Shown here in pieces: positions 40,915 through 49,880 of a DNA stretch of 64,000 bases (its first letter is position 1; the number at the start of each line of letters is the position of its first letter). Made by a program: the position numbers and the translations under genes. The stretch is from Dehalococcoidia bacterium (GTDB taxonomy: Bacteria; Chloroflexota; Dehalococcoidia; Lucifugimonadales; Australimonadaceae): positions 132,630 to 196,629 of the forward strand of contig CBDFHJ010000007.1 in assembly GCA_965247635.1 (NCBI GenBank), given 5' to 3'. Under the pieces are notes generated by a model. That model did not search any database and was not told the origin of the DNA. It saw only the letters and a list, made by a program, of their open reading frames with translations.

Positions 40915-42349
40915 CGCGCTTCCTCCGTACCCGGGCCATCGCGCGGTCCCGCCGCATCTCTTCACGCACTTGCTCGCGATAGCCCACGTTGTTGTACGCG
41001 CAGAAGGGGACCAGGCGGCCGTCTAGAGTGATGATCTCCACGCAGCACTTCATTACCTTCTTCACGTCAAAGGTGTAGGCGTCCATGAAATCCTTGACCG
41101 TGATGGCGAAGATGCGCTTGGCCAGGTCATGGTTGGAGATGGTCAGGTCGACGTTGCAGCTGGCGCACGTGAACTGGGCGGCGAGGCTCTCCGTGCCTGG
41201 GACGGCCGACGACGACCAGAGCGCCTCCAAGGCGTGACGGACCTCCTCCGAGGGGTCCGGCCAGGCGCGGTTGGTGATGTAGTCCAGGTGCTCGTCCACG
41301 TTCAGCACCCGGGGCAGCGGCGTCACCTGGCCATCCTCCACGTAGGCGTAGGTGATGGACTGGCAGCCGGGGTTGCAGCAGGGCACCGGCACGAAGTCGC
41401 TCTTCACGAATAGGCCCTCCGTTTGGTCCTGGATGCGGCCGACGACCTCCGGAATGGTCACGCGGTCCAGGGGGTCGAACCCGCCATGACGTCCCGTGTG
41501 GGTGACGGGCTGGAAGCTGATTCCTCGGACGGCCGGGTGCTCCAAGGCGAACCGCACCAGGGCGCCGACTTCGTGCTCGTTCACCCCTCGCTCCACGGCG
41601 GCCACCAAGATGGTGTTCAGGTCCAGCTCCGCAAGCCGGTCCAAGGCGGCCAGCTTCTCTTGCAGCAACGGCTCGCCCCGGAGCGTCACGTAGGTCACGT
41701 CCTCCAACCCATCGAACTGAAGGTAGACCATGGGCCGTAACGCGCCGAACTGCGCGGCCCACTCGGGGTCCTGGGCGATACGCAGTCCGTTGGTGTTGAC
41801 CATGACGTGGCGGATGCCCTTCTCCTGGGCCATGCGCACCATGTCGAAAAGCTGGGGGTGCAACGTGGGCTCGCCGCCGCTGAACTGGACCACCTCCGGG
41901 TCACCCTCGGTACGGATGAACTGGTCCAGCATGAACGCCACTTCACTCAGCGTCAGGTTGTAGCCCGCGCCGGCGTTGGCGAAGCAGGTCGGGCAGGCCA
42001 GGTTACAGCCGGTGTTCACCTCGACCAGGGCCAGGCAGGCATGCTGCTGGTGCTCGGGACAGAGACCGCAGTCGTAGGGACAGCCGTCCTTCACCTCGGT
42101 GAGGTACTCCAGCGGTGCCTGGCCCGGCTTGTCGTACTTCTGAGAGGCCAGGTAGCCCTCGGCGTCCGGCGAGATGAGGACCCCGAACCAGCCATGCTCG
42201 GGGCATTGCTTGCGCATGATGACGCGGCCGCTTTCGAGGCGTACCTCCGCGTCAATCAGCCGCTTGCACTCAGGGCACAGGCTCCGGGTTTGCTCGTGGA
42301 CCACCGAGTCGGGGGTGCGCGGCTGGGCCGTGGGTTGGCGTAGTTGCAT
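40898..42349 (-). CDS. radical SAM protein with N-terminal zinc-ribbon
   Basis: The start was set at ATG 42349 after AAGGAG. The product is 483 aa, with the zinc ribbon CPECKRLIDAEV...CPEHGW and a CX3CX2C cluster (GCNLACPTCF). The upstream 153 codons of the track ORF run through a REP element. Confidence 0.75.
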   Translation of the reverse strand: MQLRQPTAQPRTPDSVVHEQTRSLCPECKRLIDAEVRLESGRVIMRKQCPEHGWFGVLISPDAEGYLASQKYDKPGQAPLEYLTEVKDGCPYDCGLCPEHQQHACLALVEVNTGCNLACPTCFANAGAGYNLTLSEVAFMLDQFIRTEGDPEVVQFSGGEPTLHPQLFDMVRMAQEKGIRHVMVNTNGLRIAQDPEWAAQFGALRPMVYLQFDGLEDVTYVTLRGEPLLQEKLAALDRLAELDLNTILVAAVERGVNEHEVGALVRFALEHPAVRGISFQPVTHTGRHGGFDPLDRVTIPEVVGRIQDQTEGLFVKSDFVPVPCCNPGCQSITYAYVEDGQVTPLPRVLNVDEHLDYITNRAWPDPSEEVRHALEALWSSSAVPGTESLAAQFTCASCNVDLTISNHDLAKRIFAITVKDFMDAYTFDVKKVMKCCVEIITLDGRLVPFCAYNNVGYREQVREEMRRDRAMARVRRKRDALPS

Positions 42350-42800
42350 CGTCTCTCCTTCGTGCGAGATTGTGCCTGGATGACCTCGGGTACCCCAGCG
42401 AGGCATGTGGTGAACGTGGCTCCTTAGACCCACGCTTGGTACAGGATACCGAACAGCGCGCTCCCGCGCCCCTTCGGCCCTCGGTGCGCTCCTTAACTCT
42501 TGCTGGGGGCCGCCCGCCGCCTGCCCTCCGAAGGAGTCCGGAGTCCTTCGGACCGACCTGTCGGTGGCGCCCCCAGTACACCCCTTTTTGAGATGCGGCT
42601 GCCGAGCAATCAGGTGCAGCTCTGGGCTGCCCCGCCAAAGCTCTCTGCGCATAATTCGCCGCGCGTTCAGGGGGCGTTTCGCCGAGTCCTGGTGGCCATC
42701 CTCAGCACCCACCCTCCCCTTCGGCCTACCTAACGGGTAGACTGAGGCTATCTCCTGAGTCACTAATTCGTTCAATAAATGCTGGGAGAGTTGCAGAGCT

Positions 42801-42908
42801 CCGTTCATGGTTCGACAGGCTCACCACGAACTGGGAAAATCCGCTCGTCCTTCGACAAGCTCAGGACGAGCGGAGTCAGTCCCGACCTGTCGGGACTGAC
42901 TCACCACA
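42801..42908. repeat. composite REP-like element (families B and C)
   Basis: It contains three hairpins also found at 39481, 11129 and 3405: ccgttcatggttcgacaggctcaccacgaac, ccgctcgtccttcgacaagctcaggacgagcgg and gtcagtcccgacctgtcgggactgac. Confidence 0.7.
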
Positions 42909-42961
42909 CTAGCTCCTCGCACCGGCTTTAGCGAGGAGTCGAAGGCGGGAGGAAAAACGCC

Positions 42962-44992
42962 ATGGTTACGCAGACCACCGGTCAAGCGTTGGATGACCTG
43001 TGCATCAACACCGTGAGATTTCTGGCCGTGGACGCCGTCGAGCAGGCGGGGTCTGGCCATCCGGGCACGCCCATGGGCGCCGCGGCCATGGCCTACGTGC
43101 TGTGGGACCGCTTCTTGAAGCACGACCCCACCGACCCGGCGTGGCCCGACCGAGACCGGTTCATCCTCTCCCCTGGGCATGCGTCGGCGCTGCTCTACTC
43201 CCTGCTCCACCTCACCGGCTACGACCTGCCCCTGGACGAGCTAAAGCGGCTCCGGCAGTGGGGCAGCAAGACGCCGGGCCATCCGGAGCACGGCCTGACC
43301 CCTGGCGTGGAGATGACCACCGGACCGCTGGGTCAAGGTTTCGCCCACGGCGTCGGCATGGCCATCGCCGAGCGGTGGCTGGCGGGCCACTACAACCAGC
43401 CTGGACACCCGGTGGTAGATCACTACACCTACGCCATCGTATCCGACGGCGACCTGCAAGAAGGAGTCGCCTCCGAGGCGGCGTCGCTGGCCGGCACCCT
43501 GCAACTGGGCAAGCTCATCTACCTGTACGACGACAACGACATCTCCATCGAAGGCAATACCGGCATCGCCTTCGCCGAGAACGTGCCCCAACGGTTTCAG
43601 GCCTACGGGTGGCACGTGCTGGGACCTATCGATGGCATGGACCCGGCGGCGGTGGACGCGGCCATCCGCGCGGCCAAAGCGGAGACCAGCCGTCCCAGCC
43701 TTATCGTCTGCCTCACCACCATCGGCTACGGCAGTCCCAACAAGGCGGGGACCGCGGGAGTGCACGGCGAGCCTCTGGGCGAAGACGAGGTGCGCCTGAC
43801 CAAAGCACACCTAGGCTGGCCCTCCCAGGAGCCGTTCGTCATCCCACCCGACGCCTTGGGCCATTTCCGCCAGGCCGTGGACCGGGGACGCCGGTGGCGG
43901 GCCGATTGGACTGATGGGCTGGGGGCTTACCGCGCCGCCTACCCCGACGGCGCCCGTCAACTCGAAGCGGACCTCCGGGGTGACCTGCCTCCGGAGTGGG
44001 ACAGCGACCTCAGCGGGATGTTCAGCAGCGATGAAAAGCCCCTCGCTACCCGGGAGGCGTCAGGCAGGGTGATGAACCGTATCGCCGACCGTGTTCACGC
44101 CTTCACCGGTGGTTCCGCGGACCTGGCGCCCTCCACCAAGACCCTGCTGAAAGACCACGGCCACTACGGCTTCGAAGACTACTGCGGCCACAACATGCAC
44201 TTCGGCGTCCGGGAGCACGCCATGGGCGCCATCGCCAACGGCATGGCGCTTCACGGCGGGACCATCCCCTACACGGGCACCTTCCTCATCTTCTCCGACT
44301 ACATGCGCCCGCCCATGCGGCTAGCGGCCCTGATGGGGCAGCGAGTGGTCTACGTCTTCACTCATGACTCCATCGGGCTGGGTGAGGACGGACCTACCCA
44401 CCAGCCCATCGAGCAGCTCGTGGGCCTGCGGGCAGTGCCGAACCTGAACGTGGTCCGGCCCGCGGACGCCACCGGGACCGCCGAAGCGTGGAAGGCGGCG
44501 CTGGGCCGCCGCGACGGTCCGACGGCGCTGGTCCTCAGCCGTCAGAACCTGCCTATCCTGGACAGGAACGCGCTCGCTCCAGCCGACGGCCTGCACCACG
44601 GTGCCTACGTTTTGTGGGAGTCCAGCAGCGAGCCTCAAGTGCTCATCCTCGGCACTGGCTCCGAGGTGCATATCGCCTTGGAGGCGGGCCGAGAGCTCGC
44701 CGAACGGGGGGTGCGAGCGCGGGTGGTCTCGATGCCCTCCTGGGAGCTCTTCGACGCTCAGCCGCAAGGGTACCGCGACTCGGTCCTCCCGCCCTCGGTA
44801 CGGGCGCGGGTAGCCGTCGAGGCGGCGTCGCCCCTTGGCTGGGAGCGGTACGTGGGGTTGGACGGCGCGACGGTGGGCATCGCGCGCTTTGGAGCGTCTG
44901 CCCCCGCGGGCGTTCTCTACCAGCGGTTTGGAGTCACGGCCCAACACGTAGTAGAGGATGCGCTTAGGCTGGTTGGTGGCGGGGGTGGATAA
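42962..44992 (+). CDS. tkt: transketolase
   Basis: 676 aa with the TPP-binding motifs [32 protein letters not shown] and [13 protein letters not shown]. Confidence 0.95.
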   Translation: MVTQTTGQALDDLCINTVRFLAVDAVEQAGSGHPGTPMGAAAMAYVLWDRFLKHDPTDPAWPDRDRFILSPGHASALLYSLLHLTGYDLPLDELKRLRQWGSKTPGHPEHGLTPGVEMTTGPLGQGFAHGVGMAIAERWLAGHYNQPGHPVVDHYTYAIVSDGDLQEGVASEAASLAGTLQLGKLIYLYDDNDISIEGNTGIAFAENVPQRFQAYGWHVLGPIDGMDPAAVDAAIRAAKAETSRPSLIVCLTTIGYGSPNKAGTAGVHGEPLGEDEVRLTKAHLGWPSQEPFVIPPDALGHFRQAVDRGRRWRADWTDGLGAYRAAYPDGARQLEADLRGDLPPEWDSDLSGMFSSDEKPLATREASGRVMNRIADRVHAFTGGSADLAPSTKTLLKDHGHYGFEDYCGHNMHFGVREHAMGAIANGMALHGGTIPYTGTFLIFSDYMRPPMRLAALMGQRVVYVFTHDSIGLGEDGPTHQPIEQLVGLRAVPNLNVVRPADATGTAEAWKAALGRRDGPTALVLSRQNLPILDRNALAPADGLHHGAYVLWESSSEPQVLILGTGSEVHIALEAGRELAERGVRARVVSMPSWELFDAQPQGYRDSVLPPSVRARVAVEAASPLGWERYVGLDGATVGIARFGASAPAGVLYQRFGVTAQHVVEDALRLVGGGGG

Positions 44993-45019
44993 AACGGGCG
45001 TACGCCTGAATGCCCAGCT

Positions 45020-46021
45020 TCAGCCTCGGGCCTGTAGCGCTCTGAAGGTTTCACTCAAAATGCGCCACACGACCTCGGGCCGAGCGCACCGGATGGCCGA
45101 CATATGAGCGCAGCCACGGTATCCCCAGGCAGCCACGTCCCTGGCCCCCGCTTGGTAGGCGGTCTCGGCGGTCCTGGCCAGCTCCTCCTCCTGCCCCTCC
45201 TCGATGAGGAACGCCTGGAGCCAGACCATCGGCGCCTTGCCATAGGCGTCGCATAGCTCCACCATCTTTCTCGTCCAATAGCCGACGAAACTGTCGCGGT
45301 CCTGGCCGAAGAGCTGCCAGAAGGGTGACACACCCAGGGCCTCCACGTCGGCGATGGCGGCGATCTTCTCCCAGTGCACGACTCCGTGCTCCGGGTCCTC
45401 GAAGGGCAAGAGGCCGACCGCGCTCCTCACACCACTCGCTTTCGCTCGCGCGCATCCCACACGGATGAACTCCACGAGCGTCTCTTCGCGGAACTCCACT
45501 ACCTCCGGGCTCATCTGGGCCGGCATGGGATGGCCGTACCTCTGGTGGAACAGGTCCCGGCAGACGGCGCAGTGGCACGTCCAATCCATCCCGTCGCCTA
45601 CCGGGCCGGGCGGAAAGTACAGGTGTGGGTCGTCCCAAAAAATAACATCAGGGCCAAGGGCACCGGTCGCCTCCAACCATCCGTCCATGAACGTTCGGAA
45701 CTCAGGGTTGTTGGGGCAGGCGGCGGGCACCGGAGCGCCGTCCGCCTTTACCTGCCAGGTCTCCGGGTGTTGGACCAGGAACTGGCTGAACGCCTCTCCG
45801 GCGAACACGCCACCCACGCCCCACGGGTCCATGTACGCCTCCAGGCCTGCCTGCCGCGTGGCCGCCACCATCTCTTCCATCGCGCCACGATAGAACTGGA
45901 GGTCGTTTTCGCTGAAGGCATGCACGACGTAGGAGCAACCCGCGCTCACGATGTCTGGAAGGTCTCGCTCACGGAAGTGTTCCGGGATGCGGTTGCCGAA
46001 GTAGCTAACGCCCGTTTTCAT
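45020..46021 (-). CDS. hypothetical protein (possibly TIM-barrel glycosidase-like)
   Basis: 333-aa ORF with coding-like composition and an ATG start. No confident family was recognised. Confidence 0.45.
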   Translation of the reverse strand: MKTGVSYFGNRIPEHFRERDLPDIVSAGCSYVVHAFSENDLQFYRGAMEEMVAATRQAGLEAYMDPWGVGGVFAGEAFSQFLVQHPETWQVKADGAPVPAACPNNPEFRTFMDGWLEATGALGPDVIFWDDPHLYFPPGPVGDGMDWTCHCAVCRDLFHQRYGHPMPAQMSPEVVEFREETLVEFIRVGCARAKASGVRSAVGLLPFEDPEHGVVHWEKIAAIADVEALGVSPFWQLFGQDRDSFVGYWTRKMVELCDAYGKAPMVWLQAFLIEEGQEEELARTAETAYQAGARDVAAWGYRGCAHMSAIRCARPEVVWRILSETFRALQARG

Positions 46022-46184
46022 ATCGCCCTTGGGTTATCACGGCGCCGCCCCACTTGCAAGGAGGGCGCTCGCTCATTGGCCGTGAGTGTCATGTTAAGCC
46101 CTTCACTTTGTCACCTTTCCTCCCGAGGGAAGGGTCTCGTCTCCTTCCAGACGGGAAAACTAGTGCTTAGTCCACAAAGTTCCT

Positions 46185-46258
46185 ATCATTCTGAGTCCCG
46201 ATTCATCGGGACGAAGAATCTCTCACCCGAGAGACCCTTCGCTGCGCTCAGGGTGACA
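46185..46258. repeat. REP-like unit (family A)
   Basis: atcattctgagtcccgattcatcgggacgaagaatctc...agacccttcgctgcgctcagggtgaca. Confidence 0.7.
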
Positions 46259-46316
46259 AGGAGATGAAACGTATTTCCCGGGCAGAGCACGAGATTCCTC
46301 GTTCCGCCTCCGGTGG

Positions 46317-46940
46317 ATGAGGAATCTCGTCCAGAGTGAGCTCCGCGAAGCGCCTCTCGAATCCAAGGCGGCATGGTATGCTCCGTCCGTGGACCCCGGC
46401 GACTTTTGCGCCTTAGACGTCGAGACCGCTGGCGGCGTATGGGCGGAATTCCCCCGCGGCTTCGACCTGCTCCTGACCGGGGTTCGGTACGGAGACGCCT
46501 ACCACGCGTACTCGGCGGACCCCGTCAGCCTGGCCCTCTTGGCCGACTTCTTGGAGCGTTTTACCGGCGTGGTGGTCACGTTCAACGGGACGGGGTTCGA
46601 CCTGCCTTTACTGGACACGTACTTCAGCCAGCTCTTGGGCCGCCGGTTGCAAGTGGCGCACCACTACGACGTCATGCAGGAGATCGAGCGGCAGACGCAG
46701 CTACGGATAAGCCTGGACAGACTGTCGCAATACACCTTCGGCGAGCAGAAGATGCCTTGGGACCATCGACAGAACCGCCGGGTGTGGGGGGAAGCGCCCC
46801 AACAGCTCATTGAGTACAACCGGGTGGACTTGGACCTTACCCATCAGATGTATCAGCGGGTACTGAACGGTCAGCACCTATTCCTCGGCAACGCCACGGT
46901 GCTCCTGACGCCTCCCGGGCCTGGAGCGTCTGCACCCTAA
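46317..46940 (+). CDS. RNase H-fold 3'-5' exonuclease-like protein
   Basis: 207 aa with DEDD-like contexts (CALDVETAG; TFNGTGFDLPLL; YNRVDL). Confidence 0.5.
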   Translation: MRNLVQSELREAPLESKAAWYAPSVDPGDFCALDVETAGGVWAEFPRGFDLLLTGVRYGDAYHAYSADPVSLALLADFLERFTGVVVTFNGTGFDLPLLDTYFSQLLGRRLQVAHHYDVMQEIERQTQLRISLDRLSQYTFGEQKMPWDHRQNRRVWGEAPQQLIEYNRVDLDLTHQMYQRVLNGQHLFLGNATVLLTPPGPGASAP

Positions 46941-46968
46941 CCAAGCCCATACAGTACAATGTGCCGCA

Positions 46969-47766
46969 ATGGCTGCCTCACGTGTCCTGGAACGCTATCG
47001 CCTGGAGCAGAGCCTCTTGCGGGCCCGCTGGCTGGGCGTTGCGGCCCTGGTCCTCTTGGCCGCCCTCAGCAGCGTGAGCACGTGGGCGCTGTGGGGTCCC
47101 GCGGCCCTGTTGGCGGGCGGTAACTTTGCGGTCTGGCGCTTGGGCCGCCGGGTAAGGACGCTTGAAGGGCAGCGGCGGCTGGGCGTGGCGGCCACCGCGC
47201 TAGACGCCACGGTGGTGTGGGCGGTGGCCACGTTGGTGACTTCAGGACTCACGCCGTCCATCTACGCGGTCTTCATGCTCATCGTGGCGGAGGTGTCCGT
47301 GCGGTACGCCCCGCTGAAGGGCATTGCCGTCTCGGCGGCGCTGGTGGCCACTTTGGCCGGGGCGATGGCCCTCCAAAGCATACGGGGCAACGACCCCTTC
47401 GACGTCTGGCTTTTCGCGTTTTGGTCGGCCCTTATCCTGCTGGTCGGGACGTTGGTGGGCACCGCCGTACGCGAGATATACCGGCCCCGCCCGGCGCTGG
47501 CGGTTACCCTGGCCGGGCTGGACCCCGTGGTGGAGGAGCTCTTGACGCGGCGAGAGCGCCAGGTGCTGGCGATGATCACCGAAGGCCAGAGCAACGCGCG
47601 TATCGCCGAAGCCCTGGTCATCGAACGAAAGACCGTGAAGAACCACATCAACAGCATCTACAGCAAGCTCCACCTGAACAGCCGTTACGAGGCAATCACC
47701 CGCGTCCTCGCCCAGCGGCAGCGCGAGGACCGCCAGCCGACCCCCGAGGAGGCCTTCCATGCTTAA
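46969..47766 (+). CDS. membrane-anchored LuxR-family transcriptional regulator
   Basis: 265 aa with 4-5 TM helices followed by a LuxR HTH (LTRRERQVLAMITEGQSNARIAEALVIERKTVKNHINSIY). Confidence 0.7.
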   Translation: MAASRVLERYRLEQSLLRARWLGVAALVLLAALSSVSTWALWGPAALLAGGNFAVWRLGRRVRTLEGQRRLGVAATALDATVVWAVATLVTSGLTPSIYAVFMLIVAEVSVRYAPLKGIAVSAALVATLAGAMALQSIRGNDPFDVWLFAFWSALILLVGTLVGTAVREIYRPRPALAVTLAGLDPVVEELLTRRERQVLAMITEGQSNARIAEALVIERKTVKNHINSIYSKLHLNSRYEAITRVLAQRQREDRQPTPEEAFHA

Positions 47767-48025
47767 GACCGAATGCACCCACTACCACGACCAGCTAGTC
47801 CCTGCTGCCGCACCCCGCGCCGAGGTGTGCGAAGTGTGCGGGCTTGAAGGGCCGCTGCGTATGTGCGCGACCTGCGGCTTCGTGGGGTGCTGTGAGTCGC
47901 GAAGCAGCCACGATACCGACCACTGGAAGCAGAGCGGACACGCCATCATCATCCAGCTGCCCATCTCGGACCGGTCGTTCACCTACTGCTACGAGCACGC
48001 CGCGTACCTCTCGGACGAAGCGTAA
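47759..48025 (+). CDS. UBP-type zinc-finger protein
   Basis: 88 aa with Cys/His spacing typical of zf-UBP (CEVCG...[10 protein letters not shown]...[11 protein letters not shown]). It overlaps the LuxR gene by 8 nt. Confidence 0.6.
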   Translation: MLKTECTHYHDQLVPAAAPRAEVCEVCGLEGPLRMCATCGFVGCCESRSSHDTDHWKQSGHAIIIQLPISDRSFTYCYEHAAYLSDEA

Positions 48026-48095
48026 AGCGACGCAGGGCATACCGGGAGCACCCTTGTACCACCTACACACCCCTTTTCAGGCTCGTACCAGGTGG

Positions 48096-48722
48096 TTGGG
48101 GTGGCTTGCCGTACCCGTGGTGGTGTTGGTGGCGGCGGGGTGCGGCTCGGCCGCCACACCTACACCGGAGGGTTGTAGCCCGGCCAACCAAAGAGGCACC
48201 CTGCCGGAGAGCTACGATAGCCCGCCGGCATTGACCATTGACCCCGCTAACCAATACGTCGCCACCTTGGAAACGGAGCGAGGCAACATCGTCGTCGAGC
48301 TTTTCGCCGCGGACGCGCCCAACACCGTGAACAATTTCGTCTTCCTGGCGCGCGAAGGCTTCTACGACAACTCCACGTTCCACCGGGTCATCCCGGGATT
48401 CATGGCCCAGGGGGGCGACCCCACCGGCACGGGCAGCGGCGGTCCGGGGTATCGGTTCGACGACGAGTTTAGCCCCAACCTCCGTCACGATGGACCGGGT
48501 GTCCTCTCCATGGCCAAATCTCCCGCACCCAGCACAAATGGCAGCCAGTTCTTCATCACGTACGTGGCCACACCCCACCTGGACGACCTCCACTCCGTGT
48601 TCGGCAGGGTGACCGAGGGAAGGGACGTGCTGGAAAAGCTCACCCCTCGTGACCCGCTGCAGAGCCCAAGCTACCAAGGCGATACGCTCCGCTGCATCAC
48701 CATCGTGGAGAGCACCGCGTAA
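48096..48722 (+). CDS. cyclophilin-type peptidyl-prolyl isomerase, lipoprotein form
   Basis: It has a lipobox ([10 protein letters not shown]) and then a cyclophilin core ([33 protein letters not shown]). The start is uncertain (TTG 48096 proposed). Confidence 0.7.
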   Translation: MGWLAVPVVVLVAAGCGSAATPTPEGCSPANQRGTLPESYDSPPALTIDPANQYVATLETERGNIVVELFAADAPNTVNNFVFLAREGFYDNSTFHRVIPGFMAQGGDPTGTGSGGPGYRFDDEFSPNLRHDGPGVLSMAKSPAPSTNGSQFFITYVATPHLDDLHSVFGRVTEGRDVLEKLTPRDPLQSPSYQGDTLRCITIVESTA

Positions 48723-48821
48723 CGCCCGCTGGACGGCCGGCGTGCTGGTTAGCGTGTTGGCGGTGGCGGGAGCAGCTTGGCCAGACAGGGAAGTTACAGC
48801 CTAACCAACGAAGGAGGCACC

Positions 48822-49340
48822 GTGCAGAAGCGCTACAATAGCCCGCCAGCATTGACCATTGACTCCTCTACCCGATACGTCGCCACCTTGGAAACGGAGC
48901 GAGGTAACATCGTCGTCGAGCTTTTCGCCGCGGACGCACCCAACACCGTGAACAACTTCGTCTTCCTGGCGCGCGAAGGCTTCTACGACAACTCCACGTT
49001 CCACCGAGTCCTTCCAGGATTCATGGCCCAGGGGGGCGACCCCACCGGCACGGGCAGCGGCGGTCCGGGGTATCAGTTCGGCGACGAGTTTAGCCCCAAC
49101 CTCCGTCACGACGGACCGGGTGTCCTCTCCATGGCCAACGCCGGCCCCAACACTAATGGCAGCCAGTTCTTCATCACCTACGCGCCCACACCCCACCTGG
49201 ACGACCGCCACGCCGTGTTCGGCAAGGTGACCGAGGGGATGGACGTGCTGAACAGCCTCACTTCTCGTGACCCACAGCAGAACCCGAGCTCCCAGGGCGA
49301 TACGCTCCGCCGCGTCACCATCGCGGAGGGCACCGCGTAA
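48822..49340 (+). CDS. cyclophilin-type peptidyl-prolyl isomerase, cytoplasmic paralogue
   Basis: The start is GTG 48822 after AAGGAGG. The core is near-identical at nucleotide level to the upstream copy. Confidence 0.75.
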   Translation: MQKRYNSPPALTIDSSTRYVATLETERGNIVVELFAADAPNTVNNFVFLAREGFYDNSTFHRVLPGFMAQGGDPTGTGSGGPGYQFGDEFSPNLRHDGPGVLSMANAGPNTNGSQFFITYAPTPHLDDRHAVFGKVTEGMDVLNSLTSRDPQQNPSSQGDTLRRVTIAEGTA

Positions 49341-49377
49341 CGCCGCGCTGGCCATGCCGATGGGCGGCGCGACACCT

Positions 49378-49457
49378 GTCATTCTGAGGCGCGCAGCGAC
49401 GAAGAATCTCTCCGGCAACGGGACAGTGAGAGACCCTTCGCTCCGCTCAGGGTGACA
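49378..49457. repeat. REP-like unit (family A)
   Basis: gtcattctgaggcgcgcagcgacgaagaatctc...agacccttcgctccgctcagggtgaca. Confidence 0.7.
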
Positions 49458-49640
49458 GACGACGCACAGGCATTGCCAGTATTGCGTCTCCCGTTCGCGA
49501 TCAGCGTGTCGAAGCGCGAGGACACGCTTTCCAGCAAACTCAAGCGCCCGCTAGACGGCTGGTTCGCTAGCGGACTATGATGGTCTTCTGGTACGCTGGG
49601 GCACCCTCTCCATGAAAAACGCAGGGTGCCACTAACGGCG

Positions 49641-49729
49641 GGAGAGGTGCTGGAGTGGCCGATCAGGCACGCCTGGAAAGCGTGTAGGGGCTCTGTCCCT
49701 CGCGGGTTCGAATCCCGCCCTCTCCGCCA
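49641..49729 (+). tRNA. tRNA-Ser (anticodon GGA), CCA encoded
   Basis: Folded manually. The acceptor is GGAGAGG/CCTCTCC, the D stem CTG/CAG, the anticodon stem CACGC/GCGTG with loop CTGGAAA, there is a long variable arm, and the T arm is GCGGG-TTCGAAT-CCCGC. The discriminator is G followed by CCA. Confidence 0.9.
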
Positions 49730-49880
49730 GGCACACCCTTAACCTTAGCTTTGCAAGTGCTGTCTTTTGTCGATTTTATGCGTGAGTCAGCTACAGCCAA
49801 GGTTCTCATGGTTGCTCATAGATTATCTTACCGTCTCATACAATCCCAACTATAATGTGGGGTAAAATGTGGGGGGTGAC

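Noticed and set aside
39375-44967. Large alternative-frame ORFs (39375-40169, 39982-41031, 41127-41762, 41807-42343, 43000-43914, 44321-44947).
   Set aside because: Each overlaps a confidently identified gene (VOC, methyltransferase, radical SAM, transketolase). Each has a low-complexity Arg/Gly/Pro composition.
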